A stretch of DNA of 63,742 nt, filler included, from Phoronis australis (Eukaryota > Animalia > Phoronida): NCBI GenBank assembly GCA_002633005.1. It is 5 parts of 5 records of this genome, joined end to end, with 100 filler letters (N's around TTAATTAATTAA, not from the genome) between each part and the next. Parts side by side here need not be neighbours in the genome. Positions count along the whole stretch, not along the records: positions 1 to 30,148 come from NMRA01000540.1; 4 more parts are not named here. One strand, given 5' to 3'. This document shows positions 1-13,700 of the stretch, in pieces (the first letter of the stretch is position 1; each line of letters opens with the position of its first letter). Position numbers and translations under genes: made by a program. The notes under the pieces are model-generated. The model did not search any database. It saw only the letters and a list, made by a program, of their open reading frames with translations, and was not told the origin of the DNA.

Positions 1-235
1 ATCGTAAAAATAATCACAAACCTTACCTTTGTATGAGGTCGTGCTTACTTCCTCTCATAGAAGCACCCTTTTTACGCAATCTCAGATTCAGTTGGCACGG
101 CTGCAAGCCATTTCACCATGTATTTAAAGGGCTCGCGAAATCGAGGCTGTTAATCTATCACCACTAGTACACGCACGCCCTCTAGTTATTGTAGATTTTC
201 CGAATAGCCCCATTGAGATAGACCTTGGATGCTAC

Positions 236-626
236 CATAGACTATAGACAACAGGTTCGCAACTCCCGACATTTTTTGTGTACTATACTGGAGGAGGTAC
301 CACTCTGGTGCAGTTTCCGCTTAGTGTATTGTGACGGGAAATTCTAGCATCTACTTAACTGTCCATTATTTCGGCATTGAAACGCTGATGAAAGTCTTCC
401 AATGGTAAAACTGTTGATATCGTGAGTATCTTTAGCAAAGCTATGCTACTACCAATCGACCACACAACAACCGACCATGACTAGCTGACGACGTATTTGC
501 CGGAAATAACACCAGATAATTTAGCCAGGTGTCGCTAGTGAATAATAACGTAACGGCTTATGCGAAAGAGCAGATTTCGTCCGTTAAAAGTGCACGGAGT
601 TAGCGGTCTATGCACTGTAGTCTATG
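236..626. mobile_element. Non-autonomous DNA transposon (P-element-like MITE)
   Basis: 12-bp TIRs CATAGACTATAG / CTGTAGTCTATG; 7-bp TSD ATGCTAC on both sides. Confidence 0.7.
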
Positions 627-1844
627 ATGCTACATATTTCTAGGCGTAAGTTTCTGAGAACGGGCTACGGCACATTGTCGCAAGCCAAGAAGGGTGAGGG
701 TTAGCACTTTGCTTACTTCATAACAGGCTCGGAAGGTCTTCAGTCTGAGCGAAAGTTCTAGTCCCAAGAAAGGTTTTCTGGTCTAAAGGGCAGTTATTTT
801 CAGTGTAACGATGGCGCCTGTAACCACGAGACCTATGCGATGAAAGTGGGTGTAACGGTCCTACGTGTAACACGTACCAGCTTGTTTTGATGAACAGCAT
901 CGGACTACAATTTTTTGCTTCGTTTGCAGGCGGGTGATATTTTTCCTTTATATATTTAGTTTGGAAAACGCGGTTTTCAAAGCGATTTTAAAGATTGTGG
1001 TCTCTGTATGTGTGTATTCCTTTATTGTGCAAATAAACTATCCTTACCACTTGAAGCCTCGGATAAATTTAGGTTGAGAAGGAACTCATTGCTCTGCATT
1101 TAGGTGTCCATTGTTAAGCTAAACACTGACAGGAAACGTGTTCATTTTACTGAACTGTTGCCAAAATCTTTATCAAGAGTATCCATCGATGTACCTGGCC
1201 AACTGATAATTGTGCATATGCAGCTTTCAACAGAGGCACTACTACAGAATACCTCTTCGCTACAATGACGATCGTCGTTCTACAAAATTGTTCGCCATCT
1301 CAACTGAGGTTAATATCTCAACAATAACTACATGTATAAGTGGCCTATTTATTGAAGAATAAAAAATTTATTCTAGTTAAAAAAATCTTGTGAATCGCGG
1401 AATAGCCACTCATTTCAACCACACTGCCCTGTTTATCAATAATTTCTTATCGGGAGTAGATTTCAGTAACGCTAGGACCTCGCTTAAAAGCAAGCCTTAG
1501 CGACGTTACGCGTGCATTTTAAATGAGAACACGTGATTTTAGCAAGGTCCTAGAGTAGGTAATAGCATTAGTGAACTCTACCCAGGTACTCTCCTTACAT
1601 TCAAAACATGACGAACGTTGATTGTCATAATATAATATGACGCGTCACAAAAGTTGTGAAATAAGCGTATCTTGTTTTCTGTGGTTATACTGCGGTCGGA
1701 ATGGATTTCAGGCGCGTTATTTTAGGTTGATTTAAAAGCTGTTATAATCACGCGTTTCAAAGTCAAGGAAACTAACTTTTGATTAAGACTACTTATCGCT
1801 ACTGATATCTATTGTGTCTCAATAATCATTTGAGTGCTTGAGAC

Positions 1845-2002
1845 CATGGGCGGATCCAGGATTTTTAGTTAGGGAGAGCCAGGGCAGAGTATTAACCAGG
1901 ATTTTGTCTGTCAGACATTGGCACTCCCGAACTGCCCAATGAAATCTTGGAGAATTTAAGGGGGGGCATGGCTCCCTTGGCCCCCCTCTAAATCCGCCAC
2001 TG
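1845..2002. mobile_element. GC-rich MITE with 5-bp TSD
   Basis: Ends CATGGGCGGATC / AATCCGCCACTG; TSD GAGAC; same family as 45899-46059. Confidence 0.8.
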
Positions 2003-2248
2003 GAGACCGATTTCATAGCGGTCAAAGGTCTAACTCAAAAGTAACGGAAGCCTATAGCCGCTTCAATGAACAGCTTTATTATATTTTGACATACTTTGAA
2101 GTCGACAGCAAATACCAGTGACACCCAGAAGCGTGCTGGCAGCCAGTTAGCGAGCCAGCCAGCTAGCTGTATGACGACTACCTTCAAAATACAACATTTG
2201 CGCAAAGCTACTATTTAGAAGCCAGTGAACGTCCTCGAGCATTCATTG

Positions 2249-2351
2249 CAATGGTGGATTTTGAGGGGGCCAAGGGGGTCATGCGCCCCTCCCCCTAAAA
2301 TTCCAGATTCTCCGCCCTGGCGCCTCAAACTAAATCCTGAACCTGCCCCTG
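2249..2351. mobile_element. GC-rich MITE, degraded, with 5-bp TSD
   Basis: Ends CAATGGTGGATT / AACCTGCCCCTG; TSD CATTG. Confidence 0.65.
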
Positions 2352-2577
2352 CATTGCGGGCGCAAGCTTTTCTTGCGCCTCATGATGGAATTTATAATGT
2401 GACATAATTATTCATAATTATTTTTTTCGGGGAAATATACTTTGTTACGTCATGAGATCATTTGCAGAATTTATATCCAAGTACAAAAAGATCTTAACTA
2501 AAAAGTACATTCGTGGTACTCCATACGAAGTTCAAAGATGGTTTTATCTCTTCACCAGGCCTTTGGCTTTGTTGGAC

Positions 2578-2738
2578 CATGCGCGCACCCAGGGGGGGGG
2601 GGGAAAAGTGGGCAAAAAATGATCCGCCCCCGAGAGACAAAAAGTACGAGTCCACTAAATAGCGCAAACGCGCAAATTTTGTTTTTTTTTNCCAGAAATT
2701 CCCCCCCCCCCCCATATTAAAGGCTGGGTGCGCGCATA
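2578..2738. mobile_element. MITE with G/C runs
   Basis: TIRs CATGCGCGCACCCAG / CTGGGTGCGCGCATA; no TSD seen. Confidence 0.6.
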
Positions 2739-3511
2739 GCCCGTTGGAATTAGTCATTTATACAGGAGTTTCGGATTCAGAAACAGTTTGATGCCCGCTA
2801 CTCAGCATTGGAAACTGGCTCTCAAATTCAGTAGGATCTACCCCTGCCCTGAGACTTGTGACTTCTGTGTGACTGTTACAGGCCTGTCTTACATCTATCA
2901 TACACATTGCACCTTCATTATAGCCATAGACCTACTCCGACTTATGGGTTCGTCTTCGGACTGCAGACCCTTCGGACCATAATGAGACTGGTAACAACTG
3001 GCTACACGGTATCCGATGTTTAAACTTTTAAAGACCAGTGGACTGACGGAGTTCCGTTTAGTTGAGACAGATAAAATATAGATTTACCGCAAAATTCTGG
3101 AGGCAAACTCATCAGTTTACTGCACCATAACCAGCAGACGACACACGTCTTAAACCCTGTGCCCTAAAGTGGCTAACTTAACTTTATATCCGTGGACGTG
3201 AGTTTAAAAATAATCATTGTGCGACTTTTTCATATTCTTGAAATCTGTGGCAGTGCATTAGCTGATAAGTTACAACAAAGTACTACATGTATATCGCTAT
3301 ACTGACTTAACTGAACTTGAAATTTTGATACTATTCATCATTACATGTTGTTTAGATATCCGTCACGTTGAAACTTTGGCCCATGTCAGAAAATCGATGT
3401 TGCAGCGAATTTTGGTAGATCGCTGCAACCAACCTTGAAAACTTCAACAATTAACCAGTCTACTACGGCTATCTAGATTATTAAAAACTGAAATTATTTT
3501 GAAAATTTTAA

Positions 3512-4543
3512 AGAGTTCCCACCATGACCCGGTGTGTCTCAAAAAAGAATTTTATTAATACATCTTAAGAGATTTAATATCCTTTAGTATACCTGCTGCT
3601 AAGAAACAAGCGAAAATATTTAAAAATATATTTTTAAGTTATCGGGGTTGTAGGTAATGGGTGGAAGACCGTCTCCGCCGTTGTTGTTTTACCAGTGCGA
3701 TACTGAGGAGTTGTGAGGAAAGTAGCCGCCTTTTTCGCACATGAAAAGGAGCGTTTGTCGGTGGAGGCTGTAGTAACAGCAACTGAGAACGTCTCTGTGT
3801 TCAAATTTCCTAACTACATAGATGCACAGAAATGGCATTAGTTTGTGCGGCGCACGAGAGTGTGGAATGCCAGTGTGGAACGTGAGATTCATTTGGGAGA
3901 CACACTTTATTGGCACACTTCACGAAATCGTGCTTCGACCAAACACAAAAACCGCGTTACGATGACGAACTTGCCATCTTGTTAGTGCATTTGCGAATTT
4001 TACACATAACTAACAAACTGTTCCCATTCTAGAACGAGTGACACCAGGCCCCGGACAACACTTAGGCCTAGTGTGGCATTTGTCAGTGTCTTGTGAAAAT
4101 TGACCACCCTTGCTTCAATTGGTTGTCATGGTGGCTCACATATGTCTGCAGCACTTCTCTTGCAAGTGGGCCGAGCAGTTCGTACGGCCCGGCTCTAAGC
4201 CGAGGGGAGTTCGTATTGGGAAATCGAATTTATTGTCTGGTTCTTCAAGTACTTGAGTGATTTCCATATCCTCTCCCATCTCCGTCTGCATAATAATTGC
4301 CCAGTTCGCACTCAAATCGTCCTCGTCTTCTGATCTGCTGTGTTCCGCCATTGCAATTGATTGTCAAGTGACCAAAGGTCTCCCACCCATTACATAATTT
4401 GGCGGGAAACTTGGAAATAACTAATTTGTCTTCACAATTAAAAAATCGCGTAAAAAGTGCTTATGTAATTAGACTTTATAGTATTCATTTCATATTAGCT
4501 AAATGAAACCTCAAAAACTAAGAAATTGCATGGTGGGAACTCT
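3512..4543. mobile_element. Non-autonomous DNA transposon, TTAA-target type (Kolobok-like)
   Basis: Perfect 15-bp TIRs AGAGTTCCCACCATG / CATGGTGGGAACTCT, flanked by TTAA and TTAT; degenerate internal ORF remnants (4136-4351). Confidence 0.7.
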
Positions 4544-7500
4544 TTATATGGCGTCGAAGCAGTAGCCCTACTTTTACCTTGAAATAAAAAATTCTGCCTA
4601 TAAATGTTATACAAGTGTCCTTCAGATTTTCTTGGAAGTTTTAACACCGAACACGCATTTTTGGGAGTTGTTGAGTAGGTTCAAGAATACATTACAGGTT
4701 TCAGGAAGGCGTTATTATTTTTGCGTACCCCATATTTTAAGTGTTTTCAGAATGATTCAACAACGAATGGTTTAAACTGTTATCAATCTGTTCACTGTAA
4801 TGCAATGTTGAAGTCTTCACCTACAAATTGACATATTCCGTCCCTAAGGGCGCGTATTCACCCCTATAAAATACTGCTCTTACCAAGTCAACTGCCGGCA
4901 GTACGATGGCTTCATTGTGTGTAAACTGTGACCTCATCCAAGTATTATTCTCTTAGTGGTCATTTCTTCATCCAAGAAAACCGGCAATGCACTCAGTTGC
5001 ACCGAAGTGAGACGGAAAGTGGCATTTTAGAAATGAATAATTTTTATAACATATAACCTATTTTTATTAGTCTTCACAAGAACGTCATAGCTACCATGGG
5101 CCAGTGTTTTGAGAAAACGTCGGGACTCACAATAACTTCATGCCATTTTGAACACTGATAAAGGATTAATTTTGGCAATTATTTTTATCTCCAATTGGTG
5201 ACATTTCACCCTATTGTCGGTATGTGCCAAAGCCACTTGAAGGCAAAATGCATGAATGTGCTGAAAATTAAGGGAACTCAACACAGTCCACGTCAGGGAC
5301 TAGTGATGCAACTAGTAGTAACACATTAGAAAGCACCATGTACGAACAAATGGTTGACTTTTCATACGTGTTCATATATTTGTATATTTTCAGAATATCA
5401 CCTTACTCCTCAATACCAACAGAGATATGTGAGGCGAAAGATAAGTTAACACAAATGGCGTCCAAGTGAAGTACAATTTATTTCAAGCTCAGAGCATAAT
5501 GTCAACAAAAATAATCCAGCATGCCATATAGTAAAACTAAGAATTTTAATGAATAATATCTGAAAAGCACTATTTGTAGGAAGAAATTTAGAGACTAGCC
5601 CATAGCACATGATGAATAATTTTTGGCTGAACATGTACAGTACACTGTACTAAATGAAATGCCCTTTTAAGCATGACCAAGACAGGTGACGCCTGTGAAC
5701 ATTAAGAACCTACACTCGCCCTTTGAACCAAGTTGAAACCAATGTGGCAGAATTTTGCCAACCGTTTGAACATAGAAATGTCACCTTGTAGCAATGTTTG
5801 TTCCCAGGTAACTTACAGTGTTGAAAAAATCGACCTTATTGGGAAATTATGACTGCGCCCTGTAGAGCAATAAAATTCACCCAAAAGCACAGGATCACAC
5901 AAGTTATCGCGAAATATTGTCAAACATAACACCCAAAGTGCATGATCACAATAGCTTTTCTCCAGAGTGCTTTGCGTCCACAGAACACAGCCCAGATTTT
6001 GTAAATTCGATTTTTGGGCTGTTATGTCAGCTTTTATATTTATCTTCCCTTTTGAAATAAAAGGTAACAAAACACAATTATGGTCAGGGACCTCATTTCC
6101 GTAGTGGATGCCCTTTCAGAAAGTCTTTGTCCTCATTTGTGAAAGTATAGCAAACCGGAATCAAACAAATTGGATCACTGGACAACACAAACACTAACCT
6201 GATTAGTGGCAACGTGACTTACATATTTGAAAAATAGAGTCAATCGTAGGACTTTTTTTACTCTCCTGTCAGAATCACTGAAAATATTCAACAGCCCTGC
6301 CACATTTTTAAACTGCAAATTTCTGCAATTTGAGATTGGGATGTTCTCGCAAAGATACATAAGAACCAGTAAGTAATTGTGAAGATCTGAGCATGATATC
6401 CTGAACCTACAAATCCGTGGCGATCCTTGAAGATTTATGAACAATCAAAATGGCTAGATGGCCCAGCAATCTCTAAGTGATCGTCAGTTTAGAATATTGC
6501 AAACAAGTTCACTAAAATATCTTGAAGTTTTAAGTCAGAATAAAACTACCCTTAAGAAGAAAACTGCTCAAAAGCATTCAAAGATCATTTCTTGCCTCCC
6601 AGTGTTCTTCATAGATATCGCAGTGACCTCTGTTGGTCAAGCAGTGGAAATCGACTTTTTGGCTACCCAAGAACCCCCCCCCCACATTTGCACAGAAAAG
6701 ACGTCAACAGAAATTGTTGAAAGCTGTGACAGATATCTGGCTGCATAATAGTGGCCCAATGTCTGCTGAGCAGACACTGTCATAACAGAACAATAATTCA
6801 AAACACAAAATCCAGGTTTTGTTCAGACTGACAATAATAATGTCGTGGCAAATGTACACAAAAAGGTACGGCAAACTCGCGAGTGATTCCACCGTTCTTT
6901 TCAGCTGCCTTAATCCACTTTGACAAATGACCTAGAATGGCAAAAAAAAATCGAGAGACTCCTTCGTTCTCAGACGGCGTCTCCAGCACTACTGCTTAAC
7001 ATTCAATCTTCAAAATACCTTTGACAAATAGTAATTCGACTCTGACAGAATTCCAGTATTTCTTGAATTGCCACACATTGTGCTCAATTCCCAAGCACCT
7101 GTTTTGGGGCACTGAGCTCAGACTGGCAGGTGCCAGCTGCATGCCCACCCAATGTAGGCTAACTACATCTTTAGCACGGTGGCTATGGCATCCTGTAACT
7201 TTTTGATTTCAAGCTGCATGTGCTCCATCTGGTGGGAGATAAAAAACACAAGAGATTGTTAAATGGCAACATAGAGGATGGGGCACCAAGAGACAACCCC
7301 ATATTTAAGTAAAACGGAAATACATTTTGATCATAGGGAGTCAGAGCTGTTTCCCAAAATTACTTCTAAAATGAATGAGGAATAATTTGAGATCAATTAA
7401 CTGATGCCAATTGGTTTAAATTAAAGTTAAGTTATTTTGACAATACATGTGTACAGTACCCCTAACAAAATGACACAATAAAACAAATAGACTCTATTGG

Positions 7501-7567
7501 TTGCAGATCGACCCATAGTTCACGGGTATTAACACCATGTATTGCGTCAAATGGAAAAGCCTCTCAC

Positions 7568-7717
7568 CCTTTCGGCATTTTGTTTGCGCACTTCTTCTGG
7601 CACTTTAATCTCGTAGTCCTGCTTCGCACACGTCTGGCTCAGCTTGTCCAAAGAGGTCTCCAGTGTCTGCAGTTTGTTTTGTAATTTCTCTTTCTCCTTA
7701 TCCACGTCTATCAGACC
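7568..7717 (-). CDS. VARS1: VARS exon ([16 protein letters not shown]...[13 protein letters not shown]), C-terminal coiled coil
   Basis: 150 bp; TCCAG acceptor and GTGAGA donor. Confidence 0.92.
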
Positions 7718-10700
7718 CTGGAACACACAGCTCCATGGTAAAACCATAATTCAACACAAATAGCCCAACCACACAGGTATGGCGGACAAGACGGGGCTGC
7801 ATTCAACAGCTGCAAGAAACTTGCGCAAGCATAGTCTTCCCAAGGTACATGTAAGTGAAGTCATTGATCACACCAATTTTTTCTGGAAGACGTCTTACAT
7901 CTATGAAGCACAGCCCTGTGTCATCTTCAGACGTGTGAAACATAAATATTTTGCGGAGTGAATGATGCCCAGACGTCCGAAATTCACTGGGGGATGGCTG
8001 ACGTAAGACTTGCGTTGCTGGGCATCTGGCCACACCAGGTGTTTGGTGGTACCTCATATCACAAAATCTTAAAATATCTTTCTCAATAGAAACATACTTG
8101 GCTACATTTTGCCATTTGCATATTTTGGTTGGCAAAGGACATTTTTAATATACACAACTTTCAGAATCCTTATTGTTTTTTTTACTTTACTCATATACTG
8201 GTTTTAGTATCCAATTGTGGATCGGAATTACCTCATTTAGTTACAGAATTTATCTTGACTTGTAAAATCTGTCTATCTAAACAGAAAACTATGGCACAAT
8301 TATATTGGAAACTGTTGACATTTTTTACACAGAACAAGACGTCGCATGCATGATGAACGGTATGAAGTGATACCATCACAACAGACGGGTTTTGACTGGT
8401 CCCAACAGGTCACATGACAGCTAAAGGGCGACAGCAACAGACAAGCTTACATGTTACAAAGGCATCAATTATAAACTATAATTAGAAAATAATTATGAAA
8501 GCCAGACCTTCCAATCTCGTGAGCTTGTTGGCCCATTTCTGACAACACATTCAGAATGGGTCACCTGTACACACTCCTTGAGACTGAGTTTGCTGATCCT
8601 CGTCTCCCCAGTTTACCGAAAGGTTGCATAATTTGCAGTCTTGCGGGGACCTTAGGCTCATGATTTTTTCACACCAAATTTGAACTCAATAACAGCTCCC
8701 TACCTTCAGCATAAGACAGGCCTCGCATCGTGCGTTTACCGTGACAATAGCACATCCCTCTGGAATGTCCTTATTCACCAGTGTGCTCACATTTGTCGAC
8801 ATAGTCATTGTCTGAATGAAGCCAATGTAGTCCTTTAGCTGACCAGCCAGGTCATCGTCATGGCAACGAATGTACACTGAAACGCACAAGGTCATATATA
8901 AATTTTATTGCCAGCATAATCAGAGACATTCAACAAAGTGCGAAAGGTCCATGAAATTATCTCCATAACTAGGTATATTTTCAGAGAGTTTGCACTTTCA
9001 CTCAAATGCAATTTGTTAGAAAAATGTTGTGTGGGCACAAAACATCCATGTCAATTTTCCAGCAGTATGTTGGTTGCGTGCTTTGTTGCCCAGACCCCAG
9101 CAACTGACAGCTGCCCTTTACAAGCATACACTAGTTTGGATGCACCTATGACAGCCAGCAAGTGTGTGCGAGAAATTTTCTTTGAATATATTGCTATTTA
9201 CAACCCATGATCAATCACTCACTAGACTACGGTGTTTCAATAAATTTGGCAAAAACAGTTTACTTAATCTCTACCCCCAAAAGCTTTGAAATTCTTCTCA
9301 AAAAATCTGAACCTCATTTGTAAATTCTGATCATGTCTTCTGGAGATAGCCAGAGTTGAAGGAAGAAGGTGATAATACACCAATTACAGAAGAAGTTGAT
9401 TCTTAAATTTTAGCTCGCATAGCGGTGAGTATCAATAGAAGTGGATGCCGCCTTTTGAAAGAACAGAAAACCACACAGAAAAAGGCCAAGAAAATAGTGG
9501 AAAGTGGTTTACAGCAATTCTACTACAACCACAAACTGTTTTACTAGTATGATATCGATTTTTAAATCGATTAAAATTGATTTAGAATTTCAGTTCTGGA
9601 AAATAAATCGCAATTGCTTTATTCCAGATAGATCTCACTTATTTTCTATTTGTGTCCTCTTTATTTGACTTTTTGCTCTTGTTGTTCTTAACACCACTTA
9701 TCTCTGCTGTCTTTCTTTTTCTTTTCAATTTTTCTTCATTCTCTCTTAACAACTTGTCAGCCAAAACAGAACTGTAACCCTTTGAGACTTTGTCGGTGCA
9801 AGTTGATCATTGAACCTCGATACAATTGTTCTAATAAATTAACCAATATCGTATTGTTTGATTTTTTCTCACCTTTAACAGGCTTCTGCAATCATAAATA
9901 AATAAATAAATACCCAAGTTGTATTTGCATTTTATTGCTCAATCTCTTCTTTTATTTTTGATTATGTCATGCTGTGTTGTATGTAACAATGCAATATAGT
10001 GAAATAAAGTCAATGTTTTACTTTATTGGTGGCCATTCTCTATCAATTCAAGTATTTTAATTTTCTTCAAATAAATTCAAAATGCTTTAACCAAAAATTT
10101 CAACATAAATGTTGAGCTCAGTACTTTGTTTTGCAATAAAAAACAAGTGGAGAATATTTTGATGACCAAGGCGTGGGCCGAAACTGTTAAGCACCCAGGG
10201 TATTCCATTTGTCTGCTGCGTTTTTCCTTTGGCCTAACGGGTGTCGATTGGTGCCTGGGACAAATAGATACTTTGCATAAACAATATCTGGGTAGGTTTT
10301 TGTTCCGTCTGAAGAAAATTTAATTTCGAAAATATCTTCTGAAAATGAACAAAAAAGTGCATTAGTAAAATCTATAAGTTTTTAATTGGTCTCAAAAAAA
10401 CAGTCGGCAAATGCATTAATTTTAGTCTCAGTTCTTCCATGCGTGTTTCTCCCGAGTGGTTAGTACCTAACGTGCAGACGAGCACTCCAAATTGGAACAC
10501 TAAGTCCCGCGTGGCAGCGCTGCACGCGAAAGAAGATGGCGGACGACCTTTGGAGCCTGACGACGATAGGTATCCGGACTATAACAAACTCAATTTGTTT
10601 TGAATTGCATAATCCATTAGCATACCTCCCTACTTCGACTTGAATTTCTTTACAAACACGCAGGTCCGAATTCACATACCGTGGTCATAGACAAAGTAGC

Positions 10701-13700
10701 AATTAACACTTACAGTCAGCCTTGTTCTTGGGTGTTAGCATGTAATCGCCACGCATCGAGCGCACAGTTTTCACTATGGAGAACGCAAGGTCCACATCAC
10801 CTTCTAAAGAGGTGTTCCTCCAGGGGAACTGAGGAAATATAAACAAGACACAAGTGTGATGTTGCCATCAGGCATGATACCCGTTTCAAAATTTCACTTG
10901 AAATGGCATGAGCCAAGAAACATCTACAGTCAGGGAAGTTCCCAGGTTGTACTCACACTTCAAATGACAATAACTGCACAGTCTGTTTACTAAGTTATGA
11001 CAATAACTGCACAGTCTGTTTACTAAGTTATGACAATAACTGCACAGTCTGTTTACTAAGTTATGAACAACATCATTGGACGTTTGAATTCAAATCAAAA
11101 GTGCATTGTTCATTAACAATAACTTAGGAAGAAGAGAAATTGTCTTTGTACTTTCTTAAAGATGTGTACGCATGTTGCTAACCATGCTAACGCATAGCAG
11201 GGACTAAACAGCAATAATATTTTAACACGATCTATGCTACACAAAGTGCGGTTTTATTCATAGACAACTTGTAAATGCGAAAACAGAAAATTCTGCAAAT
11301 AAGTGAACTGTGCACTAATGACGTACCTCGCAGGCTCACATAGACCCTATCACGCATTATTATTCCCTAGCACAACGTCACGATACTTACTAGACACGGT
11401 TCGGTGATTTGCAGCACATCAGTTTTGCCACAAAACTCGCACTCAGAAATATTTGGCAATTTTCAACCTACTTCATACATGTATTCACATCGTCCCTATA
11501 TGTTGTGTTTCTTACTAATCTGGCCAAGCAATCACAGAGATAAGGAATTAGTGTGCAAGTTTCACTGTAATGTTTCTGAGTTTCCAGCAGTAGTGTGCGA
11601 CGAATTTTGGTTCTCCAACAATGAGTCATTTTTGCCATCCCCGTGCATAAAGAAGAAAGGACTAATTAAAGACGTAGATATTGGGTAAAGATTTACTAAC
11701 TCAACCATCGTCGAGATCTTTTGTTTTTCTGGAGCAAGTTTTATCAAAGGATGCAAGTCTACTGTAGCCAAGATGGACGCAAGCAAGTTCTTGCAAATGG
11801 CATGGCTGCATTTTTGTGAGGACAAAACATGGTTGCACTCAAGGCTATCATAGTTCAAACTCAAGTCTCAATCCGACCTTCATAAACTACGCAGTAAATT
11901 GCTTGTAGCATCAGTTTACCATGATCAACAACACCCATATAAATTTCAGGGCATCAAAATGAACATTGAACTCCGTTCAAGTCTGAGACGCAAACAGCAT
12001 GTAGTACACGTGTGCATCTTGTCACATGTCCACAAGAGGCTGAAGAAGCAGAGGAAGTAGATGACTGGGAGGATTCTATTTTTGAAAAATTGCTAATTTG
12101 AAGCAGAAGAGTATAGTAAAAAGCACTGAAAATTCTTCAATTTAGTTAACTACTTGTCAAGAAATGACAACTTCTAGAGATGTATTTTTGAGCTGTGACG
12201 GGTATCAATCGTGGATACACACTTTCATGAGCCAAGTAAGTCGATTTCTATAATTGCTCGATCGATTTTTCTCTTACATGTAGGTGAAACCACTAAAAAG
12301 TCCAAGACAATGATTGTGTTTTACTACATTGAGTATATATAGTAAGCTTTTCCAGCACATAAAAATGGGTAAACTTCGCGACATAAAAATTGAAGATACT
12401 AACGTCTTTTTGTATGACAGGACTTATGAACCTTGACAACGTGGGGTCTGTTTGTTTCTTAATTTCACTTAAAACTGGGCCGGCATTTATCTGTAACAAT
12501 TTAGAAGATGGGAGAAGTAAAAACACTTTGCCACAATGGTAAGAACAGTGGCGGATCTAGGATATCACAAGGGGGGGCCAACATTTTGTCTGGCTGTAAG
12601 CATTTGCACAAACCACGATAATCATTGTAGATGCGCATAGCACCGAATGGGGGGAGGTCTGGAGGGTTTGCCCCCCTCCTGCCCAGGAAATTTTTCTTTT
12701 TTTTCCTCTAAAAAGCAAACATTTTTCTTTTATTCCTGAAGTATTATCCAAGAAAAAAAGGGAAAAAAACACGGAGGACGTGTCAAACAGGAAAAACTAC
12801 CAGTATCACAGACTCGAAGTCACGACCTGGCAGATAGAGCCCGCCTATGAAGAAACTTGACACACTTCTGACTGGTTGTGTTAGTCTATGGAATAGCCCT
12901 ATATACACTGAGTGCAAATCATTGCATACAATTTATTGTAAGCTTGAAATATTCAATACCCACCTGATCTACCAAAGGGTAAGGTGTCACACATATACTG
13001 GGCGGTTCGGCGTCACTTCGTCGAGGTAACCGCTGGAAGAGCTCTTCTGTAACAAAAGGCATGAACGGGTGGAGCAAGCGCAGACCCACATCGAGGCACG
13101 TGTAGAGGATGTCACGTGACACAGCCTTCTCTTCTTCCGACTCACTATAGATAATGGGCTTTAGATACTCCTGTGTGAGAACAGACAACAATGAGTAATC
13201 TAAGTTTACATGAAAGGGAAAACACTTAGTCTACAGTTTCATCAGCTAAAATGTTAGCGTTTTCGCCAGACAAGCTGTCCACAAAGAAGCAATTTTTGAC
13301 AGCAGTTAGTTGGTTTCCTCACCACCAGAGCTGCTTTCAAATGAAAATTGATGTCAAAACACCTTCAGGGTGTTCTTTGAAGTAAGCAGTCTGGCTAGGA
13401 AAGTGCTAGCAAAACTCCCAGTAGCTTTGGGTTAACTCAAACTTCCCGCAAAAGTGACCGATGCGACCGTTCACATGATGTTTTTCTGCTGGCAAAAGTG
13501 CTAGCATTTTAGACAGCTTGTGAACGCGGTATAAGTGTACACAATGTGGCATTATTTTAAAACCATCCTAGCATTAGCAATTAAACAAATCTGCGTAATG
13601 TGAACAAAGGCATAAGGATTAGTGCATAGATACGTCAAAAGAAGCATGTGCTCCCCTTGAAAAGAATGCCTGCATGATTATTTGCTCTGGGCATGCATAT

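Noticed and set aside
21-120. Possible minus-strand first exon (ATG...AAAG|GTAAGG)
   Set aside because: Too short and at the window edge; no supporting evidence.
10933-10943. Consensus kB site GGGAAGTTCC
   Set aside because: An isolated 10-mer in a housekeeping-gene intron; expected by chance.
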